From positions 224,001 through 288,000 of the forward strand of contig CAVPZX010000003.1 in the NCBI GenBank assembly GCA_963710375.1: a stretch of DNA of 64,000 bases, in the 5' to 3' direction. The DNA is from Nitrospirota bacterium. GTDB lineage: Bacteria > Nitrospirota > Thermodesulfovibrionia > Thermodesulfovibrionales > Dissulfurispiraceae. The translations under genes and the position numbers were made by a program. The notes beneath the pieces were generated by a model, which searched no databases, was not told the DNA's origin, and was given only the letters and a program-made list of their open reading frames with translations. This document shows, in pieces, positions 42,303 to 51,471 of this stretch; within the stretch, counting starts at the first letter, position 1, and each line of letters opens with the position of its first letter.

Positions 42303-43441
42303 TGAATCGAGCCGGGGCCGAGATCGAGGTCAGAGAATCAGGGACAAAGAGTGACCTAAAGGCCTTTATAAAATTTCCATTTTCTCTTTACGCGAGAGAC
42401 CCTTATTTTGTCCCCCAGTTAGTGCGGGACATGAAAACCCACTATTCCACCAGTAACCCTTTTTTAAGGCAGGCTGAAGTCAAATTTTTTATGGCCTTTA
42501 AAAACGGGCTGCCTGCCGGTCGCATTGTTTCCATTATCAACCCTGAGCATAATAGTTATCATAAGGATAACGCCGGCTTTTTCGGTTTTTTTGAGAGCGT
42601 CAACGATTCTCGTGTTGCAGACGCCCTTCTCAGGACCGTCTACGATGAACTGAGGAAAAAGGGCATGAATATAATGCGGGGTCCGATGAATTTCTCGACC
42701 AATGACGAATGCGGATTCCTTATTGAGGGGTTTGACAGTGCCCCGGTGCTCATGATGTCGTACAACCCGCCTTATTATAACAAGCTGATGGAAGGCTGGG
42801 GGATGTCGAAAGCCAAGGACCTCTACGCGTATAATTATGCGTTTACCGGCACTCCACCAGAAAAGGTCGTGAGGGTCGCTGCGCTGGCTGAAAAAAAAGG
42901 GATAGCGGCAAGGCCTATCAACATGAAAAATTTCTTGGCCGATATGCAATTGTTCAAGGATATTTATAATTCTTCATGGAAGGACAACTGGGGATTTATT
43001 CCGCTCTCTGATGAAGAAATTTCCTATAGTGCTGAAAGGATGAAGCCCCTGGTTGTGCCTGAGTTCACTCTGATTGCTGAAAAGGATGGAGAACCTGTCG
43101 GTTTTCTAGGGTTCTTGCCGGATTTTAATTCAGTGTTAAAGCATATGCACGGCAAGCTCACACCTGTAACACTGCTGAAAGCGCTGTATTTCTCAAAAAG
43201 AATCACCTCGCTCAGGGTACTTCTCTATGGAATCAAACCGGAGTACAGAAACCGTGGCGTTGATGCTCTGCTCCTTGCGGAGGGTTATAAGAATATCGTG
43301 AAGCGGGGCGGGTACAGGAATGTAGAATTTTCGTGGATTCTTGAGGACAACCTCAGGGTGCAAAGGATAATCGAACTATTCGGGGGATTGTTATACAAGA
43401 AATACAGAATATACGAAAAGAAAATAGGCGATGGGCAATAG
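42302..43441 (+). CDS. GNAT-fold acyltransferase resembling bacterial ceramide synthase (bCerS)
   Basis: FIKFPFSLY, GFFGFFES, GPMNFSTNDECGFLIEGF, YNPPYY, WKDNWGFIP, EFSWILEDN. Confidence 0.7.
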   Translation: MNRAGAEIEVRESGTKSDLKAFIKFPFSLYARDPYFVPQLVRDMKTHYSTSNPFLRQAEVKFFMAFKNGLPAGRIVSIINPEHNSYHKDNAGFFGFFESVNDSRVADALLRTVYDELRKKGMNIMRGPMNFSTNDECGFLIEGFDSAPVLMMSYNPPYYNKLMEGWGMSKAKDLYAYNYAFTGTPPEKVVRVAALAEKKGIAARPINMKNFLADMQLFKDIYNSSWKDNWGFIPLSDEEISYSAERMKPLVVPEFTLIAEKDGEPVGFLGFLPDFNSVLKHMHGKLTPVTLLKALYFSKRITSLRVLLYGIKPEYRNRGVDALLLAEGYKNIVKRGGYRNVEFSWILEDNLRVQRIIELFGGLLYKKYRIYEKKIGDGQ

Positions 43442-43534
43442 GCCAAAGACAATAAAAGAGACAGAGCCTTTTCCTTTGCCTATTGCCTTTCTATCCCTTT
43501 ATATTTATTAATAAATTGTGATATCTTAGTAATA

Positions 43535-44542
43535 ATGTCAAAATTACTGAAAGAGCGCAGGGAAGAACTGGGGAAAGAACTTCGGACTATTGCTGAAGTG
43601 ACCCGCATAAAAGGCGCCTATCTCAGGTCAATAGAAGAGGAAGAGTTCGATAAGCTTCCAGTTGAGGTTTATACAAGGGGATACATTAGAGAATATGCTG
43701 AATTTCTTGGTATCCCTGTGGACATCGCAATCGAGCCTTACGAAAAATATCTTCGGGAGAATAAGGCAGGTAAAGAAAAAGAGACTTATAACGGAAAAAC
43801 AGTGGCTACTTTTACAAGGGAGGTAGCTGAAAGCCTTGATGCTTTTAAAGTCCAAGGCGATATGGAAGATGTGGACATGCTGCTCGTACCTGAGGGTGCT
43901 TTCAGTCGCTCTCGCAAGACGTTCCCTTTCAAAATCTTATGGATTGTTCTTGCTGTCGCTATTGCGGCGGGCATATACTTTTTTTTGCCTGCAAGGAAAA
44001 ATACACCACCTGCAACACATGGGAATGAACAGACTGTGCAGGTCCCCTGGACGTCATCGCCGCCGTCATCCTGGAACCCACAACCTCCTATACAGTCACC
44101 GGAGCATGCTACCCATGTCCCGGAGATGAACAAATCACTGGAGAAACCTTCTGTACCAAAGGACGCAAAGGACAGGTTGGCATCAAAGCAGGAAAAGCCT
44201 CAATTGCAGGGTGAAAAGATCGCAACGGCTAAAAAGAAGCATATGCTCAATATTTATGCCACTGATAGAGTGTGGATAAGGGTTGTTATAGACGGCACTG
44301 AAAATAAGCAGATGCTTTTGTATAAGGGGGACAAGGTGAGTTTCGGGGCCAATGAGTCTCTCGTTCTTACTGTTGGAAATGCCGCAGGTGCAAAGATTAA
44401 CTTTGACGGTAAATCTTTTGAAGACCTCGGCGCCGAAGGTCAAGTGGTGAGATTTAACTTCCCTCATTCCACCTTACCACAGCCTGAACCCCCTTCGGAA
44501 CCTGTACCTTCCCTAGAAGCGCCCGAGACCTCTGAGCGCTGA
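43535..44542 (+). CDS. rodZ: RodZ-like protein (HTH, TM, periplasmic domain)
   Basis: YLRSIEE..LP..VYTRGYIREYAEFLG; one TM segment; VWIRV...VGNAAG. Confidence 0.8.
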   Translation: MSKLLKERREELGKELRTIAEVTRIKGAYLRSIEEEEFDKLPVEVYTRGYIREYAEFLGIPVDIAIEPYEKYLRENKAGKEKETYNGKTVATFTREVAESLDAFKVQGDMEDVDMLLVPEGAFSRSRKTFPFKILWIVLAVAIAAGIYFFLPARKNTPPATHGNEQTVQVPWTSSPPSSWNPQPPIQSPEHATHVPEMNKSLEKPSVPKDAKDRLASKQEKPQLQGEKIATAKKKHMLNIYATDRVWIRVVIDGTENKQMLLYKGDKVSFGANESLVLTVGNAAGAKINFDGKSFEDLGAEGQVVRFNFPHSTLPQPEPPSEPVPSLEAPETSER

Positions 44543-44570
44543 TCATTCCATCATGTATCAACAGGATTAG

Positions 44571-46694
44571 TTGCCGATGATTACAAAAGAGTTCCTTGCA
44601 TCATCTTTCCGGGAAAAGGTCACCAGGCCGCTCAGATTCAATGATATCGTTTTATTGCTGGATCTCTCACCTTCTGAAAGACGCAAACTTAAACGGTTGC
44701 TGAGGGAAATGGTCGGTGAGGGGACTATTGTAAGGACGAGAAACGGACTTTACGGTCCTGCTGAAGAGATGAATCTTGCAACCGGGTATTTTGAGGCCCA
44801 CCGTGACGGATACGGATTCGTAATCTCTGAACAGCCCGGGGAGCGGGATATTTTTATCCCGGCACGGGCCACGCTCGGAGCGATGAACAATGACAGGGTC
44901 ATGGCCCGTATTGAGCAGCGGCATCGGCGCGAAGGCAGGATAATACGGGTACTTGAACGTTCTCATACAAGGATAGCCGGGACCTTCGAGGCAGGCAGAT
45001 CGGCGTCATACATAAAACCGAAGAACAGGTCAGTGCCGTTTGACCTGTATGTAGCACCGCGCGATGCAGGCAAAGCCATGAGTGGTGATAGTGTTATTGC
45101 CGAGATAATAAGCTATCCTACCGATAAACGCCCACCGGCCGGGCGTGTCGTTAAAGTCCTGAAAAAGCCCGAAACACCTTTGGATGAAGTCGAACTTATC
45201 ATTGATGAAATGAATCTGCCGCGAAGATTTCCTTCCGAAGTGCTTGAAGAGGCACATGCGCTTTATGAGCAGTCGCAGGAAGAACTTGATGGAAAATCAA
45301 AATCGCGGAGAAGGACCGATCTTCGCAATCTCCCGACAGTTACCATTGACGGGGAAAAGGCAAAGGATTTCGATGATGCGGTGTCCATAGAGAAAACAGA
45401 AGGCGGTTACCGCCTCTGGGTCCATATCGCGGATGTCGGGTATTATGTGCGGTGGGGCTCAATTATTGATCTGGAGGCCCGAAAGAGAGGGACGAGCGTA
45501 TACTTCCCGGACAGGGTCATCCCCATGCTCCCGCCGGAGCTGTCCGAAGACCTCTGCAGTCTGCGGCCGGCAGAAGACCGGCTTGCTTTTAGTGTTGAAA
45601 TGGAATTCGGGACACGGTCTGATGTCAGGTCTGTCCGGTTCTATCCAAGTCTTATCAGAAGCGACGAGCGGATGACTTACACATCCGTGAAGAAAATTCT
45701 CATTGATCATGACCCGGAAGAGCGCAGGCGCTATCATCATCTTATTGATAAATTCGAGCTCATGGGTGCACTGTGCAATGCGCTCAAAGAGAAGAGACTT
45801 AAACGTGGCAGCCTTGATTTTGATCTGCCTGAACCTGAGGTGCTCCTTGATATGCAGGGCAACCTCGAAGCGATAATAAAAACTGAGAGGAATTTCGCTC
45901 ACATGATCATAGAGGAGTTCATGATCGCGGCAAATGAGGCGGTCGCGGAGTATGTTGAAAGGCTTGATGTTCCGTTTCTTTACAGAGTGCATGAGGAACC
46001 CGACCCCTTGAAACTCGAAAACATTGTGAAAATGATGAATACCTTGGGCATAATCAGGAGCAATAAGGGATTAAAACCGCGTGATTTTCCTGCGCTGCTA
46101 AGACAAATAAGCGGTAAGCCGGAAGAGGAGATCCTTAACCATATGATTCTGAGAAGCCTAAAACAGGCACGCTATAGTCCTGTTAACGCGGGGCATTTCG
46201 GACTTGCCTCCGGCTCCTATACTCATTTCACTTCACCGATCCGAAGGTATCCGGACCTTGTTGTCCACAGGATTTTGAGGGCTGTGCTCCAAAAAAATCA
46301 GTTGAGCGACCGCCAGACGAAGGAACTCGGGTCGCTTTTGCCTGATGTTGCATTTACCTCATCCAAAACTGAGCGGCAGGCAGATGAGGCTGAGAGGGTT
46401 GTTTTGAAAGCCATGAGAGTGTGGCTTATGCGGGATAAGGTAGGCGATGAATTCGAGGGCACAATCATATCGGTAATGCCCCATGGTTTGAGGGTGCGGC
46501 TCAAAGATTATTATGTCGAAGGACTGCTCCACATTTCCTTCATGACCGATGACTTCTACCGGTACGATGAAAAGGAAATGAGCCTTTACGGTGTTCACAA
46601 AAAAACGAAATTGGGCCTTGGTAAAAGTCTGACAGTCAGAATTGACAAGATCGATATGCAAGAAAGAGAAATACTCTTCGGGTTAGTCTTATAG
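44571..46694 (+). CDS. rnr: Ribonuclease R
   Basis: TIDGEKAKDFDDA, HIADV, IEEFMIAAN, YTHFTSPIRRYPDL; S1 domain. Confidence 0.95.
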   Translation: MPMITKEFLASSFREKVTRPLRFNDIVLLLDLSPSERRKLKRLLREMVGEGTIVRTRNGLYGPAEEMNLATGYFEAHRDGYGFVISEQPGERDIFIPARATLGAMNNDRVMARIEQRHRREGRIIRVLERSHTRIAGTFEAGRSASYIKPKNRSVPFDLYVAPRDAGKAMSGDSVIAEIISYPTDKRPPAGRVVKVLKKPETPLDEVELIIDEMNLPRRFPSEVLEEAHALYEQSQEELDGKSKSRRRTDLRNLPTVTIDGEKAKDFDDAVSIEKTEGGYRLWVHIADVGYYVRWGSIIDLEARKRGTSVYFPDRVIPMLPPELSEDLCSLRPAEDRLAFSVEMEFGTRSDVRSVRFYPSLIRSDERMTYTSVKKILIDHDPEERRRYHHLIDKFELMGALCNALKEKRLKRGSLDFDLPEPEVLLDMQGNLEAIIKTERNFAHMIIEEFMIAANEAVAEYVERLDVPFLYRVHEEPDPLKLENIVKMMNTLGIIRSNKGLKPRDFPALLRQISGKPEEEILNHMILRSLKQARYSPVNAGHFGLASGSYTHFTSPIRRYPDLVVHRILRAVLQKNQLSDRQTKELGSLLPDVAFTSSKTERQADEAERVVLKAMRVWLMRDKVGDEFEGTIISVMPHGLRVRLKDYYVEGLLHISFMTDDFYRYDEKEMSLYGVHKKTKLGLGKSLTVRIDKIDMQEREILFGLVL

Positions 46695-46883
46695 CTACAT
46701 TATTCATAAATTTATACAAGAAGCAGTCAGGCCACAGTGCTTCACTCATTCTCGCAAGGCATCCAGCCTTGCTCCGAGGCTATGACAGCCTGTGTCACCG
46801 TCCTTGGTGTCACTTAGGCTGTCAAAGTCCGCTCAGCACCATGTCCCGCCTGCTTCTTGTATAAATTTATGAATAATGTGGGT
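46695..46883. mobile_element. MITE-like element with perfect 30-bp inverted repeats, flanked by TAG
   Basis: ACATTATTCATAAATTTATACAAGAAGCAG (46697-46726) and its exact complement (46850-46879); TAG at 46692-46694 and 46884-46886; internal GACAGCCT...AGGCTGTC stem. Confidence 0.82.
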
Positions 46884-46886
46884 TAG

Positions 46887-47756
46887 ATGGAAATGACACA
46901 ATCATTAAAACATAAACTTGATAGGTTTTACAGTGACTACGACTTCCAGGGACGTATCGCGCATGATCCCATAGAGTTGCCGCATCAGTATACAAGACCT
47001 GAGGATATCGAAATAAGCGGCTTTATCGCCTCCTGCTTCGCTTATGGCAAAGTAACGCTGTTTAAGCCGGTGGTTAAAGCTCTTCTGAGCAGGATGGGTC
47101 CGAGTCCCAGCGACTTTCTTCTTCATTTTAATGTCAGCAGCCAGAGAGACCTCTTTGCCGGGTTGCGTTACCGTTTTAACAGGAACGATGATTTTATAGG
47201 TCTACTATATGTATTAAGCAGAGTTCTCAGGAAGTATGGCAGCCTGGAGTCTGCCTTTAAACAGCACTACAGAAAGAGTGATTCTTCTGTAGAAGGGGGG
47301 CTGGCCGGGCTTATCGATATTTTTTTGGGCCTGGATATGGCTGCAGTATATGGAAACGATATGAGAAGGGAAGGGCTGCTTCAATTTTTCCCTTCCCCTT
47401 CGCGCGGCAGCGCCTGCAAGCGAATGAATATGTTCTTGCGATGGATGATACGGGACCGTGATATCGATTTCGGAATATGGAAGGGAATTCCAAAAAATAA
47501 ACTTGTCATCCCTCTTGACGTGCATATCGCGCGCATTTCACGATGCCTGGGTTTCACCCGGAGGTCGGCACAGGATTGGAAAACTGCGGTAGAAATAACC
47601 GAATCTCTTAAAACGATGGACCCGGAAGATCCCCTCAAATATGATTTTGCCCTGTGTCACCAGGGTATAGCCGGGGTGTGCAGTTCCATGCACTGCGCTG
47701 AGTGTGCACTGTTTGGCAAGGCAGACAATGATGTGGGAAAAACAGGCAGAACATGA
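46887..47756 (+). CDS. TIGR02757/DUF2400-family protein
   Basis: DPIELPH..EDIEISG..FAYG, SACKRMNMFLRWMIR, PLDVH, DPLKYDFAL. Confidence 0.88.
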   Translation: MEMTQSLKHKLDRFYSDYDFQGRIAHDPIELPHQYTRPEDIEISGFIASCFAYGKVTLFKPVVKALLSRMGPSPSDFLLHFNVSSQRDLFAGLRYRFNRNDDFIGLLYVLSRVLRKYGSLESAFKQHYRKSDSSVEGGLAGLIDIFLGLDMAAVYGNDMRREGLLQFFPSPSRGSACKRMNMFLRWMIRDRDIDFGIWKGIPKNKLVIPLDVHIARISRCLGFTRRSAQDWKTAVEITESLKTMDPEDPLKYDFALCHQGIAGVCSSMHCAECALFGKADNDVGKTGRT

Positions 47757-48091
47757 TATGGAAAATCACAAATAAGCAAACGCGCCTTTACCTGATTAGC
47801 GCTGTGATACTACTGTTTGGTTTGGGTAGTTCCGTCCTGATTTATCTGACAGCTGAGAATGATTCGGACAATGCTCTGGATTTTGAGAATTCCAAGATTT
47901 ATTTGCATGATCTGGAACTATATGGAGGAAAGGCGAATGTGCTTGCCCATGATTTCAGGACCTGGCTTGTCGGTTTATGGCATGGGAAATCCCTGGCATA
48001 CACAATAGCCTGCATTACCCTTGTTATATCATTTGGGATTTTCTTCGTTGCCAGGCACCTGCCGCCCGATTCGAAATCTGGCCACCGATGA
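47753..48091 (+). CDS. Hypothetical two-TM protein
   Basis: Two hydrophobic segments around LELYGGKANVL; overlaps the upstream stop. Confidence 0.7.
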   Translation: MIWKITNKQTRLYLISAVILLFGLGSSVLIYLTAENDSDNALDFENSKIYLHDLELYGGKANVLAHDFRTWLVGLWHGKSLAYTIACITLVISFGIFFVARHLPPDSKSGHR

Positions 48092-48110
48092 ATGCGCTAA
48101 TAAAGCAAAT

Positions 48111-48164
48111 TTTGCGCTGACCACCTGTTATGTGAAGCTACGTATAACACCTGACAGTCCACAT
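48111..48164. other. Pair of dif-like (XerC/D-type) half-sites sharing the spacer CACCTG
   Basis: CACCTG-TTATGTGAAGCTACGTATAA-CACCTG; arms resemble XerD TTATGTTAAAT and XerC-type ...CGTATAA. Confidence 0.4.
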
Positions 48165-48336
48165 ATTTTCCTATTGATTAAAGCCGCGGATTACTGTTAG
48201 AAATATATAAAGTTGACAGAGGCGTAAATTTACGGTGGTGGAGCGGAAACAGAGGGAATTGGGATCCCCCTCCATCGAGCCAGCAATCACCAGCAAGCCG
48301 GTATCTGCCAGCTCATGTTAAACTATAGGAGACGCA

Positions 48337-49074
48337 ATGGAGACAACACTCAGCCCATATATTACGATTCAATATGATAATCCTGCTCACCAAGAAATGC
48401 TTGTAAAACATATGGCTGAGTCTACAAAAAAAGATGAGATGTTAAAGACATGGGAACATTTATTAGATTCTGATTCAAAGGAATGTAAAGTTCAGAAATA
48501 TTTAGAGCGTTTCCCATATTTTCTCCCAGGGCTTTATGATTATCACAATGGACCTCGCAGAGGTGTCATAATCTCTAAATTTCCTTTTGGCAATGATTAC
48601 GAATCAGACTTTGCATTCGTAACTCTTAATTCGATGATGTTACAATTTACCTTCGTTGAAATAGAGCGCCATAGGAAAAAGATATTTAATAGGAATTCAT
48701 CCTTCACCCAAGACTTTAATCATTCTCTGCAACAGATACGAGACTGGAAACTGTGGGGAGAGAAAAATATTGAAATTCTTTTATCTATGTGTGCAGATTT
48801 GTTTCAGGGTTATAACATAAAGAACGATCATAAGACAGTTCGATGTTATTTGGTGTATGGGCGGAGGGACGAAGTAGAATCCTCTCAGTTGAGAAAAGAA
48901 AAGTGGAGTACTGTTGCAATATCGAATGAGAAAAGTATTGTTGTATCGACATACGATCGCCTTACTGCGAATGTTGCTATTCTACCGACTGATCGTATAC
49001 AACATAATCTTGCAGTTTGTAGATACAAAAAGCGCGGTTTCTTTCTAATGGCAGATAGATTGAGAAATAACTAA
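48337..49074 (+). CDS. DUF4263/Shedu (SduA)-like nuclease-domain protein
   Basis: VQKYLERFP, FPFGNDYESDF, FVEIE, FNHSLQQIRDW, LVYGRR and STYDRL pattern; AT-rich. Confidence 0.75.
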   Translation: METTLSPYITIQYDNPAHQEMLVKHMAESTKKDEMLKTWEHLLDSDSKECKVQKYLERFPYFLPGLYDYHNGPRRGVIISKFPFGNDYESDFAFVTLNSMMLQFTFVEIERHRKKIFNRNSSFTQDFNHSLQQIRDWKLWGEKNIEILLSMCADLFQGYNIKNDHKTVRCYLVYGRRDEVESSQLRKEKWSTVAISNEKSIVVSTYDRLTANVAILPTDRIQHNLAVCRYKKRGFFLMADRLRNN

Positions 49075-49186
49075 CAAATCGCTTATTTGGACGTCTTCAT
49101 GGGAGGTGTGATGTGTGCGGGATTTCAGGGAGAACTTCCTGAAGCCGCATCCTTCACTCATGATATAATTCCTCATTGGAGGCGGC

Positions 49187-49819
49187 ATGAACAAGATGAG
49201 GAGACCAATCGAATCTGCGGTTCTGGTGAGGCACAAGAGAATCAGTGCTCTGGAACCTATTTTCCTACAATGGATTAATATCAATCAAGAGTACTGTAAT
49301 ACCTATGTAGGCGAAGACTGTCCATACTGGTATAACGAGCGTGCGGCTATTAGTATCTTGGCTGGAGCAGTGTGGAAATCTGGCGCTTTAGCTTTAGAAG
49401 AATTTAACTCAAATAAGAAATATAAAAAATCTCATTATTCAGGCAGGGCCGATCTATGGTTTGCTTTTGATAAAAAAAGGCAGTATTTAATAGAGGCAAA
49501 ATATGATAGATTTTCGCTTTCTTCTAATTCCGGGAAAATGCTCGAAAAGAGAATTGCTGAAAATATTGATCTTGCATTTCATGATGCGAAGAAGTCTAAA
49601 GAAGATGCTTGCCTCTTGCTGGGTGTTGCGTTCATTGTGCCCTACATCTCCCCATCTGCTCAGGCTAATGAAAAACGGATGTTGGCTGATTTCTATAAGC
49701 TCATAAGAAACATGCCGAATGATTTCTTGACGCTATATGTCAACCCTCATGAGATGAAAGACGAAGAATATGGATATTCATACCCTTGCATTGCGATAGT
49801 AGGAGATGTGGTCTCATAA
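49187..49819 (+). CDS. Hypothetical PD-(D/E)XK nuclease-fold protein
   Basis: YWYNERA...LEEF...GRADLW...YLIEAK gives an E...D...ExK arrangement. Confidence 0.6.
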   Translation: MNKMRRPIESAVLVRHKRISALEPIFLQWININQEYCNTYVGEDCPYWYNERAAISILAGAVWKSGALALEEFNSNKKYKKSHYSGRADLWFAFDKKRQYLIEAKYDRFSLSSNSGKMLEKRIAENIDLAFHDAKKSKEDACLLLGVAFIVPYISPSAQANEKRMLADFYKLIRNMPNDFLTLYVNPHEMKDEEYGYSYPCIAIVGDVVS

Positions 49820-49850
49820 CGTGCCAAGGGGAAGCCTCTATAGGAGTAAG

Positions 49851-50445
49851 ATGTTTAAAAAGATTTGGGAACTGATAAGTAACAACAGACTGCTATCCGC
49901 TCTTATTGTTATGGCCATAGGTGGTTTTATCAAACTTTTCGGCCCGGGTTTATTTTCCTGGCTTACAAAGGTTCTTTCAGTTGAATACAAGAATCCTCTC
50001 TGGCTCCTTATACTGTTTCACTGCTTAGTCGCAGCTATATTATTCATCGTGCTTCTGTTGATCCTGCGCCGTCGTTATGCAACGAGACATAACCCCGAGC
50101 CTGACTACCAAGATGACTCCCGAGCCTGACTGGAAAAAATATACAGAAGACGATTTCATCGGTATGCACTGGTCGTGGAATTATTTCGGTGACAATAAAT
50201 ACCCTAATAATTTAAAGCCGCGATGTCTACAATGCCACTTCCCCCTTGAAAATATTTTTGCCCATGACGTAAAAGGCATCTTCATTTCTTTTTTTAAATG
50301 TCCTAATGAGCAATGTCAGTACGAATGCGACCCCTTTCAGGGCACGCAAGACAATCTGTTTGAGAAAGTAAGAAAACAAATAGATGGGAATATTTATACT
50401 GGCGCTTATAAGCAAAAAATCAAGAACCATAAGGAGGACAGTTGA
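49851..50445 (+). pseudogene. Membrane-anchored Cys-containing hypothetical protein split by a frameshift at about 50094-50131
   Basis: A two-TM ORF and an overlapping ORF with CxxC...CxxxxC both encode PEPD at a 13-bp direct repeat spaced 25 nt apart. Confidence 0.55.
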
Positions 50446-50661
50446 CGTCAGCCCTTGATGTTTGATAATTCGACCCTGCCAATTTTCAATAGAAACTATC
50501 AGTCTGGCTCGGTCTCACTCTACTACGCACTTCTGTAGAGGAAGTCATTCTGAAATGAACACCTCGGTCGATGGCATTTATCACCCGGCTACCAGCTTGT
50601 CTAAGTTAACAAAGTGAACACCGTCCCATCTGTACCTATAGCATGGATACGACCCTCTTAG

Positions 50662-50889
50662 CTATTTCCCTTGTGTGAATTTTTCAAATTGATGGTCCTG
50701 TCCGAAAAATAAACGTTCTTGTAATATGATGCAGTCTGCGAGATTCAGGACCCAAAAATAATCCGGTTTTAATCTCCTGGATTTAACAAAGAAACCAACT
50801 TCCTCACCGCTTTGGCAGGCAACAAAAGCATAATTATCACTATGGTCAATAACAAGAAAGCGTTCTGTTTTATCTTTGAATGATCCCAT
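50662..50889 (-). CDS. Hypothetical protein, 75 aa
   Basis: Strong AAGGAGG RBS before the ATG. Confidence 0.55.
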   Translation of the reverse strand: MGSFKDKTERFLVIDHSDNYAFVACQSGEEVGFFVKSRRLKPDYFWVLNLADCIILQERLFFGQDHQFEKFTQGK

Positions 50890-51220
50890 AAAACCTCCTT
50901 TTTGAAAGGAATTTTAAAGATATTCATTTTTAGCTTAAAACAGAAACCTTATTTAATCATATCATACTATGACGAGCACTTTACGTCTACTTAAAAGTAT
51001 TTTGCTGGTTCACTACCCGCGCTACAAAAATGAGAGAATGTCGGGAAAAGCATGCCTTATCTATTTCCTGTCCCGCAAAATAAAATAATCATGTTGCTTT
51101 TGTCGCTTATTAGTGTTATTAATAGGTGGGGTTTTTTAAGCCTCAATTAGGATCGCCGGTGACCGCGGGCATTTTGTCTTTGGTTTTTTTATTTCGTATC
51201 ATAAGGAGAATAATAGCACT

Positions 51221-51418
51221 ATGAAGGGAACAGTAAAGTGGTTTAATGACTCAAAGGGATTCGGATTTATTACAGCTGAAGATGGAAGCGATGTTTTTGT
51301 CCATCATACCTCTATCATGGGAGAGGGCTTCAAGTCGCTTGCCGAGGGTGATCAGGTGTCTTTCGATGTCGAAAAGGGCCCCAAAGGACCAAAGGCTATC
51401 AACGTAGTAAAACAATAG
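51221..51418 (+). CDS. Cold-shock protein
   Basis: [15 protein letters not shown] (RNP1) and DVFVHH (RNP2). Confidence 0.96.
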   Translation: MKGTVKWFNDSKGFGFITAEDGSDVFVHHTSIMGEGFKSLAEGDQVSFDVEKGPKGPKAINVVKQ

Positions 51419-51435
51419 AAGAATCGGAGAAGGCA

Positions 51436-51471
51436 GAAAATAAGGCGGGTCGGCCGGCCCGCCTTATTTTC
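51436..51471. terminator. Bidirectional intrinsic terminator after csp
   Basis: GAAAATAAGGCGGGTCGG-CCGGCCCGCCTTATTTTC. Confidence 0.8.

Noticed and set aside
48100..50460. Bona fide integron
   Set aside because: No intI; no complete attC hairpin; core sites at cassette starts and ends are not complementary. Kept only as half-site observations.
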